NCBI GenBank assembly: GCA_027318645.1 | Contig: DAHVOV010000078.1 | Location: forward strand, 1-48,501 | DNA from: Candidatus Aminicenantes bacterium | GTDB taxonomy: Bacteria > Acidobacteriota > Aminicenantia > UBA2199 | Reading direction: 5' to 3' | DNA: 48,501 bases | Part shown: positions 1 to 9,048 of the stretch, piece after piece | Position numbering within the stretch: the first letter of the stretch is position 1 | Layout: every line of letters begins with the position of its first letter | Notes under the pieces: generated by a model | The model's database searches: none | Told to the model about the DNA's origin: nothing | What the model saw: the letters and a program-made list of their open reading frames with translations, nothing else | Made by a program: the position numbers and the translations under genes

Positions 1-90
1 GACCAGGATGGCGAGGGCGCGGTCGTTCGCGCGGCGGGGAAAGACCGAGCGGACGAGGGAAACCAGTTCTTCCGCAGCCAGTGTCAGCAT
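1..90 (-). CDS. 5' end of an unidentified gene running off the left edge (30 codons, MLTLAAEELVSLVRSVFPRRANDRALAILV)
   Basis: ATG at 88-90 on the minus strand, with GGAGG 6 nt upstream. The frame stays open to position 1. Too short to assign a family. Confidence 0.35.
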   Translation of the reverse strand, partial: MLTLAAEELVSLVRSVFPRRANDRALAILV

Positions 91-174
91 GGGCGACCTC
101 CAGGCCTCATTATACCCTCATTGCCGCCCGCTCGAGAAGCCTCCTCGGGTCGCCGCCCGGGCCCTGCCGTGATA

Positions 175-798
175 TCACTGGATCTTGAACGCGCGGCGGC
201 CGGCGCTCCGGGCTAGGAAAGCCAGGAACCAGACCGGAAAGAACGCCACGGGGAAAACGGCGGAAATCATCAGGCAGGCCAGGAACAGAATGGTTCCCCT
301 CCTCGAAAAGTCGAGAAGCTTGCGGATATCGGCTGCAGGCATTGCGGCGCTGATGAGCCGGTGGTTCGCATAGGCATGCCGGGTCAAGGCATGGGAGATG
401 AATCCCAACGGCAGGACGTTCAGCGAATACACGGCGAAAGCCGTCCGCGACATGGGGAAGAGGCCGATGAGCCGGGTGGAAAAGGGGAGCAGGGCGATGA
501 AAAAAAGGAACAGCAGGGAAAGCCAGCACAGGCGGTCATCATAGCGGCGGATCGGGCGGAACAAACGACGATGGGAGAGCCAGTAATTGCCGATGACGAT
601 GAAACTCAGCAGATATCCCAGATAGCTCGGCCAGAGCTTGAGAAGCGCGGCCCCCAGCCCTGATTCCCGCAGGTTCTCGGGCAAACGGAGATCGATCACC
701 AGCAGGGTGATGGCGATGGCCATCACCGCGTCGCTGAAGAACAAGATCCTCTCCAGCCCGGCCTGGTCCGCGAAAACGCCTTTCTTCGCTTCTTTCAT
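175..798 (-). CDS. TMEM175/DUF1211-family potassium channel (207 aa)
   Basis: Start chosen at MKEAKKGVF (cat at 796-798). The RILFFSDAVMAIAITLLV stretch fits the RxxxFSD signature of helix 1, followed by six hydrophobic segments. The longer ORF-track start (1152) adds a non-membrane, Arg/Pro-rich extension that overlaps the divergent gene. Confidence 0.8.
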   Translation of the reverse strand: MKEAKKGVFADQAGLERILFFSDAVMAIAITLLVIDLRLPENLRESGLGAALLKLWPSYLGYLLSFIVIGNYWLSHRRLFRPIRRYDDRLCWLSLLFLFFIALLPFSTRLIGLFPMSRTAFAVYSLNVLPLGFISHALTRHAYANHRLISAAMPAADIRKLLDFSRRGTILFLACLMISAVFPVAFFPVWFLAFLARSAGRRAFKIQ

Positions 799-979
799 GC
801 GCGCCCGCCTATCAAATGGAAACCGAACCCGGACGATTATAGCACGGCCGCGCTTTTTGTCCTTTCCAACCCAGGAAAGCATCCGGCAGCCTTCTGGATT
901 TCCCTCCGCCCGGGAAAGCTCCGGTGCGCCCGGGCGAACGAAACGGCCCGGCGGACGTATAACTCCTGCAGGAGGGAAA

Positions 980-2518
980 ATGGCGATCGGGCTGCAGGCG
1001 GAGTCGAGCTGGATCCTCATCGCGATCAGGGCGGCGGCGTGCGTGCTGGCCGTTTTCCTGCTCGTTTTCGGCCATCGCCGGCCGCGCTTCAGCGGCGGGC
1101 TTATCTGGCTGGCCGCTGCGCTGGGCCCGGCCCTCGCCCTCCTCGGCGGCATGAGCTATCTCCTCGCCCTGCTGGCGGCCCTGGCCCTTCTTTTCGCCCT
1201 GCTGGGGCTGCAGGAGCGGCTTCCCCGCCTGGCCATGGCCGTCGCCGGCCTGCTGCCGTTCCCCCTGCTGTGGTTCGGCTTCATCCTGCATACGGGCAGC
1301 TTCCACTTCCGTCCCCAGGTCGCGCTGCTGGGCGCCCTGGCCGGCGCCGCCTGCGGCGCCGCCTGGCCGTGGTCGATGGCGGCCCCGCTGGCCGTCATGC
1401 CGGCCGCGGCGCTGCTGGCGCTGGCCGCCTCCTTTGCCGTCCCCTTCCCCTGGCTCGCCGCATTCGCCCTGCTCGCCTGCACGCTCCAGGTCATCGACCT
1501 GGTGCGCCGCCGCCGGGGGCTGACGGCTCCCGCCGTTGGCAAGCGGCCTCTGTCGGCGCTTGCCCGCGAATGGCGGCGCTGGGCCGCGGCGACCGCTGCT
1601 ACCTGGCTGCTGCTGGCGCTGCTTGCGCCGGTCGCCTCCGCCGGCGACCCGCTCCATCGCCGGCGCATGGCGGCGCTGGACGCTCCCATGCTCGGGCTCT
1701 CGCCGGCGCGGAACTACTACCTGACCGGCCGGGCCCGGCCACTGGCGCTGCTGATTCCGCGGCCTTCGCCCTTCAGCCGTCCCCTCTTCCTGGCCGCCGG
1801 GCGCACCCAGGCGCGGGCCGTCGACGAGCTCCGCATGATCAAGGACCCGGGGGAGATCTCCCGCATCCGCCGCGCCTGCCGCGTGGTCGCCCAGGCCATG
1901 GACGAGGTGCCGGCGCTGGCCCGGGCCGGAGTCAGCGAGCGGGAGATCGAGGCGCGGATCCTAAAGGCGTTCCGCGACCGCGGCGCCCCGCGCCCGTCGT
2001 TCGCGCCGATCGTTGCCTCCGGGGCCAACGCCGTCCGTCCCCATTACGACCGCAACGATGCCGTGCTGGCGAAGGGGTTCCTGGTGGTCGACATCGGTTG
2101 CATGGCCGACTGCTATGCCTCCGACATGACCCGCACCTTCGCGATCGGCGGTGCCCCCACACCGGCGCAGGGCCGGGTCCTGGACGCGGTCCTGGCCGCC
2201 AAAGCGGCCGCCGAGCGGCTGCTGCGGCCCGGCGTCACCGTGCGCCGGCTCAACCAGGCCGCCCGGCAAGAGATCGACCGGGCGGGGTTCGGAAAATATT
2301 GGCTCCACGGCATCAGCCACGGCGTGGGCATCGACGTCCACGACCCGACCCCGGCGATGCTGCGGCCGAACATGGTGATCACCATCGAGCCCGGGGTCTA
2401 CATCCCCGCCGGGGCGAAGATCGACCGCGCCTACTGGGACCTGGGCGCGCGCGTCGAGGACACCTATCTCGTCACCGCCGACGGCTTCGAGGTGCTGACG
2501 CGCGCCACTGACGGCTGA
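980..2518 (+). CDS. Membrane-anchored M24 metallopeptidase (Xaa-Pro aminopeptidase-like catalytic domain behind about 8 predicted TM helices)
   Basis: GGAGGG lies 3 nt before ATG 980. The N-terminal ~270 aa are Ala/Leu-rich hydrophobic segments. The C-terminal half has M24 metal ligand contexts: VVDIGCMADCYASDMTRTF, HGISHGVGIDVHD, ITIEPGVY, ARVEDTYLV. Confidence 0.8.
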   Translation: MAIGLQAESSWILIAIRAAACVLAVFLLVFGHRRPRFSGGLIWLAAALGPALALLGGMSYLLALLAALALLFALLGLQERLPRLAMAVAGLLPFPLLWFGFILHTGSFHFRPQVALLGALAGAACGAAWPWSMAAPLAVMPAAALLALAASFAVPFPWLAAFALLACTLQVIDLVRRRRGLTAPAVGKRPLSALAREWRRWAAATAATWLLLALLAPVASAGDPLHRRRMAALDAPMLGLSPARNYYLTGRARPLALLIPRPSPFSRPLFLAAGRTQARAVDELRMIKDPGEISRIRRACRVVAQAMDEVPALARAGVSEREIEARILKAFRDRGAPRPSFAPIVASGANAVRPHYDRNDAVLAKGFLVVDIGCMADCYASDMTRTFAIGGAPTPAQGRVLDAVLAAKAAAERLLRPGVTVRRLNQAARQEIDRAGFGKYWLHGISHGVGIDVHDPTPAMLRPNMVITIEPGVYIPAGAKIDRAYWDLGARVEDTYLVTADGFEVLTRATDG

Positions 2519-2542
2519 CGCCGCGGCCTCCCGAGGCGGCCT

Positions 2543-3151
2543 TCACTTCAGGGGCTGGCGGATGACCGTCTTCCACTTGGCCGGGTCGGCCTTGCGGATA
2601 TCGGAGAGATAGATCTCGTGGTGCTTGCCCGAGAGCTTGCCGCCGAGCGAGGCGATGAAGGCGTGGACCCTGGCGATCGTCGGCCCTTCCGCGGAGAAGG
2701 GGCCCACATGAAGGATCTGGGCGCTCTTGCCCTCGGCGAATTTCCCGAAGCGCAGCTGGGCGAGAGCGGGCAGGGCCTTCTTCTTCCCGACCTCGGCGAC
2801 GGTGTCGCGGACCATGGCGGCGTGGACGAACTCGGGCTGCATGATCATCATCGTCCACTTCCATTTCGCCTTGTCGCCGGCCATGAACGCGGCCATGTCG
2901 GCGGCCCACCACAGCCCCTCCAGCGGCGGCACGCCGTAGTCGATGGCCAGGGTCTTCTTCACCTTGAACTTGACGGCATAGGCGGCGGAGAAGAGGGCCT
3001 CGACCGCCTCCTGGTAGGAGCGCTCGCGGTTGGGGTCGCCGGCGCCGTCGATCATCAGGAAATTCATCGGCGGCACGTCGACCAGCTCGGCCTCCTTGGC
3101 CGACGGCAGGTACAGGCGCTTCAGCTCTTTCTTGAAGTCGATCTTCTTCAT
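2543..3151 (-). CDS. GyrI-like small-molecule-binding domain protein (202 aa)
   Basis: The translation MKKIDFKKELKRLYLPSAKEAELVDVPPMNFLMIDG...HHEIYLSDIRK matches the GyrI-like/SOUL-type effector-binding fold family as I recall it. Its ATG overlaps the stop of the upstream antiporter gene (ATGA at 3148-3151). Confidence 0.7.
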   Translation of the reverse strand: MKKIDFKKELKRLYLPSAKEAELVDVPPMNFLMIDGAGDPNRERSYQEAVEALFSAAYAVKFKVKKTLAIDYGVPPLEGLWWAADMAAFMAGDKAKWKWTMMIMQPEFVHAAMVRDTVAEVGKKKALPALAQLRFGKFAEGKSAQILHVGPFSAEGPTIARVHAFIASLGGKLSGKHHEIYLSDIRKADPAKWKTVIRQPLK

Positions 3152-5361
3152 GGCTCCTCCCCGCCTTTGCGGCGGATGGCGCAGGCGTTGCCCAGGGGCA
3201 GCAACTCACCGTCGAGCCGGGCGCAGAGCCCGGTGACGGCGTTGGCGCTGCCGATGACGAGCAGCCGGTCGCCGGCGACCAGCCGTTCGACCGCCCCCGG
3301 CGTGGCGATGCGCTCGCGGCCGCGGCGGATACCGATCACCGTGACTCCGTAATTCTGGCGGAAATTCAGCTGTGCCAGGGTCCGGCCCGCCACGCGCTCG
3401 CCGGCGACGACCGACAGCTCGGCGACGACGAAGCGTTCGCTCTCGGGCGCCGCCGTTTCCTCGGGGCGCAGCGTAAGCAGGTCCTCGGCGCGCCGCAGCT
3501 GTTCCTCGTCGCCGACGATGACCAGGCGGTCGTTGGGGAATACCTGGAAGTCGGGGCCGGGGTCATAGTGGGTGCGGCCGGTACGGCTCACCGCCAGGAT
3601 GCTCGCCCCGCTGTGCACCGGCAGCCCGATGTCGCGCAGGGCGCGGCCGGCCGCCGCCGCCGCGGCCGGCACGCGGACCTCGCGGAAGGCGACCGGCCAG
3701 TCGAGGATCTCGGGCATCATCTCCATGGCGTCGCTCAGGTCATCGACCGCCTGCTCGGCGGCGTCGGCATAGGGGCGGAAGACGATGTCGGCACCGGCCT
3801 TCTCGAACTCGCCCGCCTCCTCCTGGGTGGCGGCGGTGAGCGCCACCCGACCGGCGAAGCCGCAAGCCCTTAGCTTGTGCAGTAGGCGAAGGTTGAGCTC
3901 GCGCACGCGCGCGGTGCAGACCACCCAGCGCGCCCGGTTCAAGGGCAGCTGCGCGCAGAGGTCGGGGTCGTTCGCGTCGCCGAAGAGCACGGGCAGGCCG
4001 CGCCGTCGCCAGGCCTGCAGCACGTCGGGATCGAAATCGACGCCCAGCACCGTCCGGCCGCGCCGGAGCAGGTTCTCGGCCAGGCCGCCGCCGTAGCGTC
4101 CCAATCCCAGCAGCATGACGTCGATGACGCCGGCAGGGCTCGCCGTGTCGCTCGCCGACTCGCGGTGCGGGACGCGGCGCTCGAAGAGACCCAGGTATGG
4201 GGACAGGCGGGCGTAGAGGGGGCCGGAAAAGAGGATCATGTAGGTGGAGACGAAGATGGTCACCACCCCCACCAGGGTGATCAGGCCCATGGCGCTGGCG
4301 CCGATGTGCCCCAAGCTGAGCCCCATGGCGGACACGATCAGGGAAAACTCGCTGATCTGGGCGACGGTCAGCCCGGCCAGGAAGCCGGTGCGCCGCCGGT
4401 AACCCATGCGGCCCATGACGGCCATGACGATCAGCGGATTGCCGACCAGGACGAACAGGGAGAAGACGGCCGCCGGCAGCGCCTGCGAGCCGATGAGCGC
4501 CAGGTCGAGGCGCGAGCCGAGGTCGATGAAGAAGAACAGCAGCAGGAAATCGCGCAGGCTCACCAGGCGCGAGCTCAGGACCTCGCGGTACGCGGTCGAG
4601 GCCAGCGAGACGCCGGCCAGGAAAGCGCCGATCTCCTTGCTGAATCCCAGCAGCTCGCCGGCGGCCCCCAGGACCACCGCCCAGGCCACGGCGAACAGGG
4701 TGAGCATCTCCTGTGAGGCGGCCAGGCGCCGCGCCAGCCGCGGGATGACCCTCCAGGCCAGCAGCACGACCAGCGCCACGAAGGCCGCGAACTTGCCCGC
4801 GATCGCCAGCACCGAGAGCAGCGGCGCGCCCCCGCCGCCCGTCCTGGCCCCCAGGGTGGTCAGCACGACCAGGGCGATGATGGCGGCGATGTCCTGGACG
4901 ATGAGGAAGCCGATGGCGATCTGGCCGTGGAGCGAATCGAGCTCGTTCTTGTCCGACAGCAGCTTGACGATGATGATCGTGCTGGAGAAGGTCAGCGCCA
5001 CGGACACGTAGAGGGCGCTGAGCAGGGGCATGGCGAAGGCCAGGGCGATCAGGAAGCCGAAGACGCTGGTGAAGATGATCTGCCCCAAGCCGGTGGCCAG
5101 GGCCACCGGGCCGATGGTGCGGATCAAATGCAGGTCGAGGTTGAGGCCGACGATGAACAGCAGCAGGGCGATGCCGATGTGCGCCAGCAGTGCGATGCTG
5201 CCGTGGCTGCGGATGACGCCCAGCCCGGCCGGCCCGGCCAGGATGCCGGCCGCCATGAACATGATGATCAGCGGCTGGCGCAGCTTCTGCCCCAGGGCAC
5301 CGAGCAGCGCCGCCACGGCCAGGATGGCGGCGATCTCGACGAACGGGCTGGGCAACGGCAT
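3148..5361 (-). CDS. Kef-type (CPA2) cation:proton antiporter with one TrkA-N and two TrkA-C (RCK) domains (737 aa)
   Basis: The N-terminal ~380 aa are a polytopic Na+/H+-exchanger-like region. This is followed by the GLGRYGG Rossmann motif and two RCK_C-like repeats. SD GAGGAG lies before ATG 5361. Confidence 0.85.
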   Translation of the reverse strand: MPLPSPFVEIAAILAVAALLGALGQKLRQPLIIMFMAAGILAGPAGLGVIRSHGSIALLAHIGIALLLFIVGLNLDLHLIRTIGPVALATGLGQIIFTSVFGFLIALAFAMPLLSALYVSVALTFSSTIIIVKLLSDKNELDSLHGQIAIGFLIVQDIAAIIALVVLTTLGARTGGGGAPLLSVLAIAGKFAAFVALVVLLAWRVIPRLARRLAASQEMLTLFAVAWAVVLGAAGELLGFSKEIGAFLAGVSLASTAYREVLSSRLVSLRDFLLLFFFIDLGSRLDLALIGSQALPAAVFSLFVLVGNPLIVMAVMGRMGYRRRTGFLAGLTVAQISEFSLIVSAMGLSLGHIGASAMGLITLVGVVTIFVSTYMILFSGPLYARLSPYLGLFERRVPHRESASDTASPAGVIDVMLLGLGRYGGGLAENLLRRGRTVLGVDFDPDVLQAWRRRGLPVLFGDANDPDLCAQLPLNRARWVVCTARVRELNLRLLHKLRACGFAGRVALTAATQEEAGEFEKAGADIVFRPYADAAEQAVDDLSDAMEMMPEILDWPVAFREVRVPAAAAAAGRALRDIGLPVHSGASILAVSRTGRTHYDPGPDFQVFPNDRLVIVGDEEQLRRAEDLLTLRPEETAAPESERFVVAELSVVAGERVAGRTLAQLNFRQNYGVTVIGIRRGRERIATPGAVERLVAGDRLLVIGSANAVTGLCARLDGELLPLGNACAIRRKGGEEP

Positions 5362-5376
5362 GGCTCCTCGCTTGCG

Positions 5377-5403
5377 GCGCCCCTCCCTTTCCGGGAGGGG
5401 CGC
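5377..5403 (-). terminator. GC-rich hairpin between the ammonia-lyase and antiporter genes (11-bp stem, 5-nt loop)
   Basis: 5377-5387 (GCGCCCCTCCC) pairs with 5393-5403 (GGGAGGGGCGC). No U-tract follows, so it may be a stability or attenuation element rather than a full intrinsic terminator. Confidence 0.35.
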
Positions 5404-5429
5404 GCCGGCTTACGGATTTACTCGGGCGC

Positions 5430-6956
5430 TCAGTACGTCTTCAGCTCGCCGATCTCCGCCTCCACCGCCTTCAGGATATCGCGCTTCTTGACCGTCTCCA
5501 GGATGGCGTTGTGGTCGGGGAACAGCGGCCGGTCGACGTCGAGGTGCTGCACCACCTTGCGCACCGCGGCCTTGGCGGCCAGCGTGCCCTTGCCGGGCGT
5601 GAACTCGCGGAAGTCGAGCGCCTGCGAGGCGGCGATGAACTCGATGCCCAGCACGCCGTAGGCGTTGTCGATGATCTGCCGCGTCTTGAGCGCCGTGTTC
5701 ATGCCCATGGAGACGAAGTCCTCCTGGTCGGCGGCGGCCGGGATGGACTGGATCGAGGCCGGCATCGACAGGATGCGCTGCTCGACGATCATCATGTCGG
5801 CGGTGTACTGGCTGAGCATGAGCCCGGAGAACATGCCGGCGCCCTTGGTCAGGAAGGAGGGCAGCCCCACGCTCAGCGCCGGGTTGAGCAGGCGGTTCAG
5901 CCGCCGCTCGGAGATGACGCAGGCCATGGTCACCGCCGCGCCCAGCATGTCCAGCGGCACCGAGATCGGCGAGCCCTGGAAGTTGGCGCCGGTGAGCACC
6001 ACGCCGTCGTCGTGCAGGAAGAGCGGGTTGTCGGCCACGCCGTTCAGCTCGATCTCCAGCTGCGAGCGGGTCCAGCGCAGCTGGTCGCGGGCGGCGCCCA
6101 GCACCTGCGGCGTCGAGCGCATGCTGTAGGCGTCCTGCACCTTGACCTTGACCTTGCCCAGCAGGTCGGAGCCCTCGATGACGCGCTTGATGTTCTCGGC
6201 CGAGGTGACCGCGCCCTGGAAGCCGCGCAGCTTGTGCAGGCGGGCGTCGTAGGGCTTCATGTTGGCCATCAGCGCCTCCAGGGTCATGGCGGCGGCGATC
6301 TCGGCCTGCTTCAGCAGGCGCTCGATCTCGTAGATCTGCAGGCAGGCCATGCCGGTGATCAGGTTGCTGCCGTTGATCGCGCCCAGGCCGTCGCGGGCCT
6401 TGAGCCCGGGCACGGGGATGCCGGCCTTTTTCATGGCCGCGGCGCCGCTCAGGCGCTCGCCGCCGACGAAGGCCTCGCCCTCGCCCATGAGCAGCAGGGC
6501 GATCTGGCTCATCGGCGCCAGGTCGCCGCAGGCGCCGACGCTGCCCTTGTTGCAGACCACCGGCGTCAGGCCCTTGTTGAGCATGTCCACGTAGGTCTCG
6601 GTGATCTCGGGGCGGATGCCCGAGCAGCCGTTGGCGTGGACGTTGACGCGGCTGAGGATGGCCGCGCGCACCTCGGGGATGGGCACGGGGGTGCCGATCC
6701 CCGCGGCATGGTTGTAGATCAGGTATTTCTGGAACTGGCCGACCTGCTCGTCGGTGAGCACGACCTCGGAGAACTCGCCGATGCCGGTGTTGACCCCGTA
6801 CATGATCTCGCGCGCCTCGATGCGCTTCTCGATGAAGGCGCGGCTGGCCTTGATGCGCGCCAGCGCCTCGGGGTGCAGTTCGACCTTCTCGCTCTCGTAG
6901 GCCACCCGGTACACGTCCTCGATCTTCAGGTTCTTTCCCGTTACGACGACTGCCAT
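5430..6956 (-). CDS. hutH: Histidine ammonia-lyase family enzyme (MIO-dependent lyase fold) with Ala-Cys-Gly at the MIO position (508 aa)
   Basis: YGVNTGIGEF, LIYNHAAGIG and GSVGACGDLAPMSQ align with canonical HAL motifs. SD AAGGAGG lies before ATG 6956. No hutU or hutI is nearby. Confidence 0.85.
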   Translation of the reverse strand: MAVVVTGKNLKIEDVYRVAYESEKVELHPEALARIKASRAFIEKRIEAREIMYGVNTGIGEFSEVVLTDEQVGQFQKYLIYNHAAGIGTPVPIPEVRAAILSRVNVHANGCSGIRPEITETYVDMLNKGLTPVVCNKGSVGACGDLAPMSQIALLLMGEGEAFVGGERLSGAAAMKKAGIPVPGLKARDGLGAINGSNLITGMACLQIYEIERLLKQAEIAAAMTLEALMANMKPYDARLHKLRGFQGAVTSAENIKRVIEGSDLLGKVKVKVQDAYSMRSTPQVLGAARDQLRWTRSQLEIELNGVADNPLFLHDDGVVLTGANFQGSPISVPLDMLGAAVTMACVISERRLNRLLNPALSVGLPSFLTKGAGMFSGLMLSQYTADMMIVEQRILSMPASIQSIPAAADQEDFVSMGMNTALKTRQIIDNAYGVLGIEFIAASQALDFREFTPGKGTLAAKAAVRKVVQHLDVDRPLFPDHNAILETVKKRDILKAVEAEIGELKTY

Positions 6957-7000
6957 TCGTCCTCCTTGTTGTCGCGCAAGCCGATTTTTCGCGAAGGCTC

Positions 7001-7029
7001 ATTGTAGCCAACGCCCCGCTTTTTTGCAA
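7001..7029 (-). promoter_or_regulatory. Sigma70-type promoter for the ammonia-lyase gene (TTGCAA-17-TACAAT)
   Basis: Minus strand: TTGCAA (7024-7029), 17-nt spacer, TACAAT (7001-7006). A ~40-nt leader with AAGGAGG follows. Confidence 0.55.
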
Positions 7030-7141
7030 TTCCCCCCGGCGGCGAAGCTCTCACCCCGATCCGCGAGGCTTTGCCTGCCTCGCGATCGAGGATTGAATGG
7101 CCGCCGGGGCTTAGCCGGCCAGGGCCGCGCCTTGACAGCAA

Positions 7142-7150
7142 TGGTATAAT
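7142..7150 (+). promoter_or_regulatory. Extended -10 promoter element upstream of htpG (TGgTATAAT)
   Basis: TGG TATAAT at 7142-7150, about 30 nt before ATG 7180, with AAGGAG in between. No correctly spaced -35. Confidence 0.45.
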
Positions 7151-7179
7151 TTCCCTGAAAACGCCCAAGGAGAATCGCC

Positions 7180-9036
7180 ATGGCAGAGGAAAAGGGAGAG
7201 AAATACGAGTTCCAGTCCGAGGTCAAGCAGCTGCTCGACATCCTGGTCTACTCGCTGTACAAGAACAAGGAGGTCTTCCTGCGCGAGCTGGTCTCCAACG
7301 CCGCCGACGCGCTGAACAAGATGCAGTTCGAGTTCCTCACCGTCCCCGACCTGGAGGGGAAGGACCAGGAGCTGAAGGTCACCATCGAAATCGACAAGAA
7401 GCGCGGCATCCTGGTCGTCGAGGACAACGGCGTGGGCATGAGCCGCGATGAGCTGGTGAAGAACATCGGCACCATCGCCCATTCGGGCACGCTCGACTAC
7501 CTGAAGCGGCTCCAGGAGGGCGAGAAGGGGGGGGCGGTCGACCTGATCGGCAAGTTCGGCGTCGGCTTCTACTCCAGCTTCATGGTCGCCAGGGAGATCC
7601 GCATCCTCACCCGCTCGTGGCAGAAGGGCGCCGGCGCCTGGCGCTGGACGTCGACCGGCGAGAGCAGCTACACCATCGAGGCGGCGGAGAAGGAGGGGCG
7701 CGGCACGCGCATCGAGCTGCTGCTCAAGAAGGACGAGAAGGAGTACCTGGAGGCCTTCCGCCTGCGCGGCATCATCCTCACGCACTCCAAGTTCGTCCCC
7801 TTCCCCATCTACCTCGACCAGGAGAGGATCGAGCGCCGCGACGCGGTCTGGACCCAGCCCCGGTCGAAGCTGGCCGACAAGGACTACGTCGAGTTCTACA
7901 AGTTCCTGGAGAACTCCCAGGAGGAGCCCGAGACCTGGCTCCACCTCCAGTCCGACGCCCCGGTGCAGTTCCATGCCCTGCTCTACGTGCCCAAGACCTC
8001 GTTCGAGCTCCTGGGGCTGATGAAGGAGGAGCCGGGCGTCGACCTGTACTCGCGCAAGGTCCTCATCCAGAAGGGCTCCAAGGAGGTCATGCCCGAATAC
8101 CTGCGCTTCGTCAAGGGCGTCATCGACTCGGAGGAGATCCCGCTGAACATCTCGCGCGAGACCTTCCAGAGCAACGTCCGCGTGGAGAAGATCCGCAAGC
8201 ACGTGGTGCGCAAGCTGCTGGAGCACCTGGAGGCGCTGAAGGAGAAGGAGCGCGGGAAATACCTCGCCGTCTGGAAGAACTTCGCCCGCAACCTGAAGGA
8301 GGGCACGGTCAACGACTTCGAGAACCGCGAGAAGCTGTCCCAGCTCCTCCTGTTCCAGAGCTCCAGGACCGCCGGCGACGAGCGGATCGACCTGAAGCAG
8401 TACGCTGGCCGCATGGCCGAGGGGCAGAAGGAGATCTACTACCTGGGCGGCAGCGACCGCGGCGCGATCGAGAGGAACCCGGCCCTGGAGATCTTCCGCA
8501 AGAAGGAGCAGGAGGTCCTGTTCCTCACCGACCCCCTGGACGAGTTCGTCGTCGACCACCTGCGCGAGTTCGATGGCAAGCCCTTCAAGATGGCCGAGAG
8601 CGCCGACATCCCGCTGGAGGAGAAGGCCGGCGACGAGGAGGCGCATCGGGAGGCCGGCGACCTGGTGACCTACCTGAAGGCGACCTATGGCGACCAGGTC
8701 GAGGACGTGCGGGTCTCGAAGCGGCTCGTCGACAGCCCCTGCATCCTGCTCAACCCGGCCGACGGCCCGTCGCTGCAGATGGAGAAGATCATCCGCATGG
8801 TCAACAAGGACTACCCGCTCGCCAAGCGCGTCCTGGAGATCAATCCCGGCCACCCGCTGATCCGGCGCATGACCGCCCTGCACAAGGCCGACCCGGCCGC
8901 GCCGCTGCTGAAGGCCCTCGCCCTGCAGCTGCTGGACAACATGAAGCTGCGCGAGGGCATCCTCGGCGACACCGAGGCCACCATCGCCCGCATCCAGGAG
9001 ATCATGCTGCAGGCGGGGGAGCGGGGGACGGAGTAG
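7180..9036 (+). CDS. htpG: Molecular chaperone HtpG (Hsp90), 618 aa
   Basis: YEFQSEVKQLLDILVYSLYKNKEVFLRELVSNAADALNK and GKFGVGFYSSFMV are hallmark Hsp90 N-domain motifs. Full-length ORF with an SD. Confidence 0.95.
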   Translation: MAEEKGEKYEFQSEVKQLLDILVYSLYKNKEVFLRELVSNAADALNKMQFEFLTVPDLEGKDQELKVTIEIDKKRGILVVEDNGVGMSRDELVKNIGTIAHSGTLDYLKRLQEGEKGGAVDLIGKFGVGFYSSFMVAREIRILTRSWQKGAGAWRWTSTGESSYTIEAAEKEGRGTRIELLLKKDEKEYLEAFRLRGIILTHSKFVPFPIYLDQERIERRDAVWTQPRSKLADKDYVEFYKFLENSQEEPETWLHLQSDAPVQFHALLYVPKTSFELLGLMKEEPGVDLYSRKVLIQKGSKEVMPEYLRFVKGVIDSEEIPLNISRETFQSNVRVEKIRKHVVRKLLEHLEALKEKERGKYLAVWKNFARNLKEGTVNDFENREKLSQLLLFQSSRTAGDERIDLKQYAGRMAEGQKEIYYLGGSDRGAIERNPALEIFRKKEQEVLFLTDPLDEFVVDHLREFDGKPFKMAESADIPLEEKAGDEEAHREAGDLVTYLKATYGDQVEDVRVSKRLVDSPCILLNPADGPSLQMEKIIRMVNKDYPLAKRVLEINPGHPLIRRMTALHKADPAAPLLKALALQLLDNMKLREGILGDTEATIARIQEIMLQAGERGTE

Positions 9037-9048
9037 CCGGCTTCTCCC

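Noticed and set aside
638-1152. Long N-terminal extensions of the peptidase ORF (from 638) and the TMEM175 ORF (to 1152)
   Set aside because: The extensions overlap each other on opposite strands, are Arg/Pro/Ser-rich and lack SDs. Internal starts at 980 and 798 give sensible N-termini.
7132-7137. Perfect TTGACA upstream of htpG as a -35 box
   Set aside because: It is only 7 nt from the TATAAT hexamer, which is incompatible with sigma70 spacing. The extended -10 (TGgTATAAT) is the more plausible element.
7111-8883. 590-aa ORF antisense to htpG. Similar long antisense or alternative-frame ORFs occur at 5511-7007, 5410-7029, 37056-39590, 35092-37185, 42696-44510 and 10814-12661.
   Set aside because: These are low-complexity (L/V/D/G/A/R-rich) mirror frames of well-supported genes. 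They have no SDs and no recognisable motifs, and are the expected artefact of about 70% G+C.
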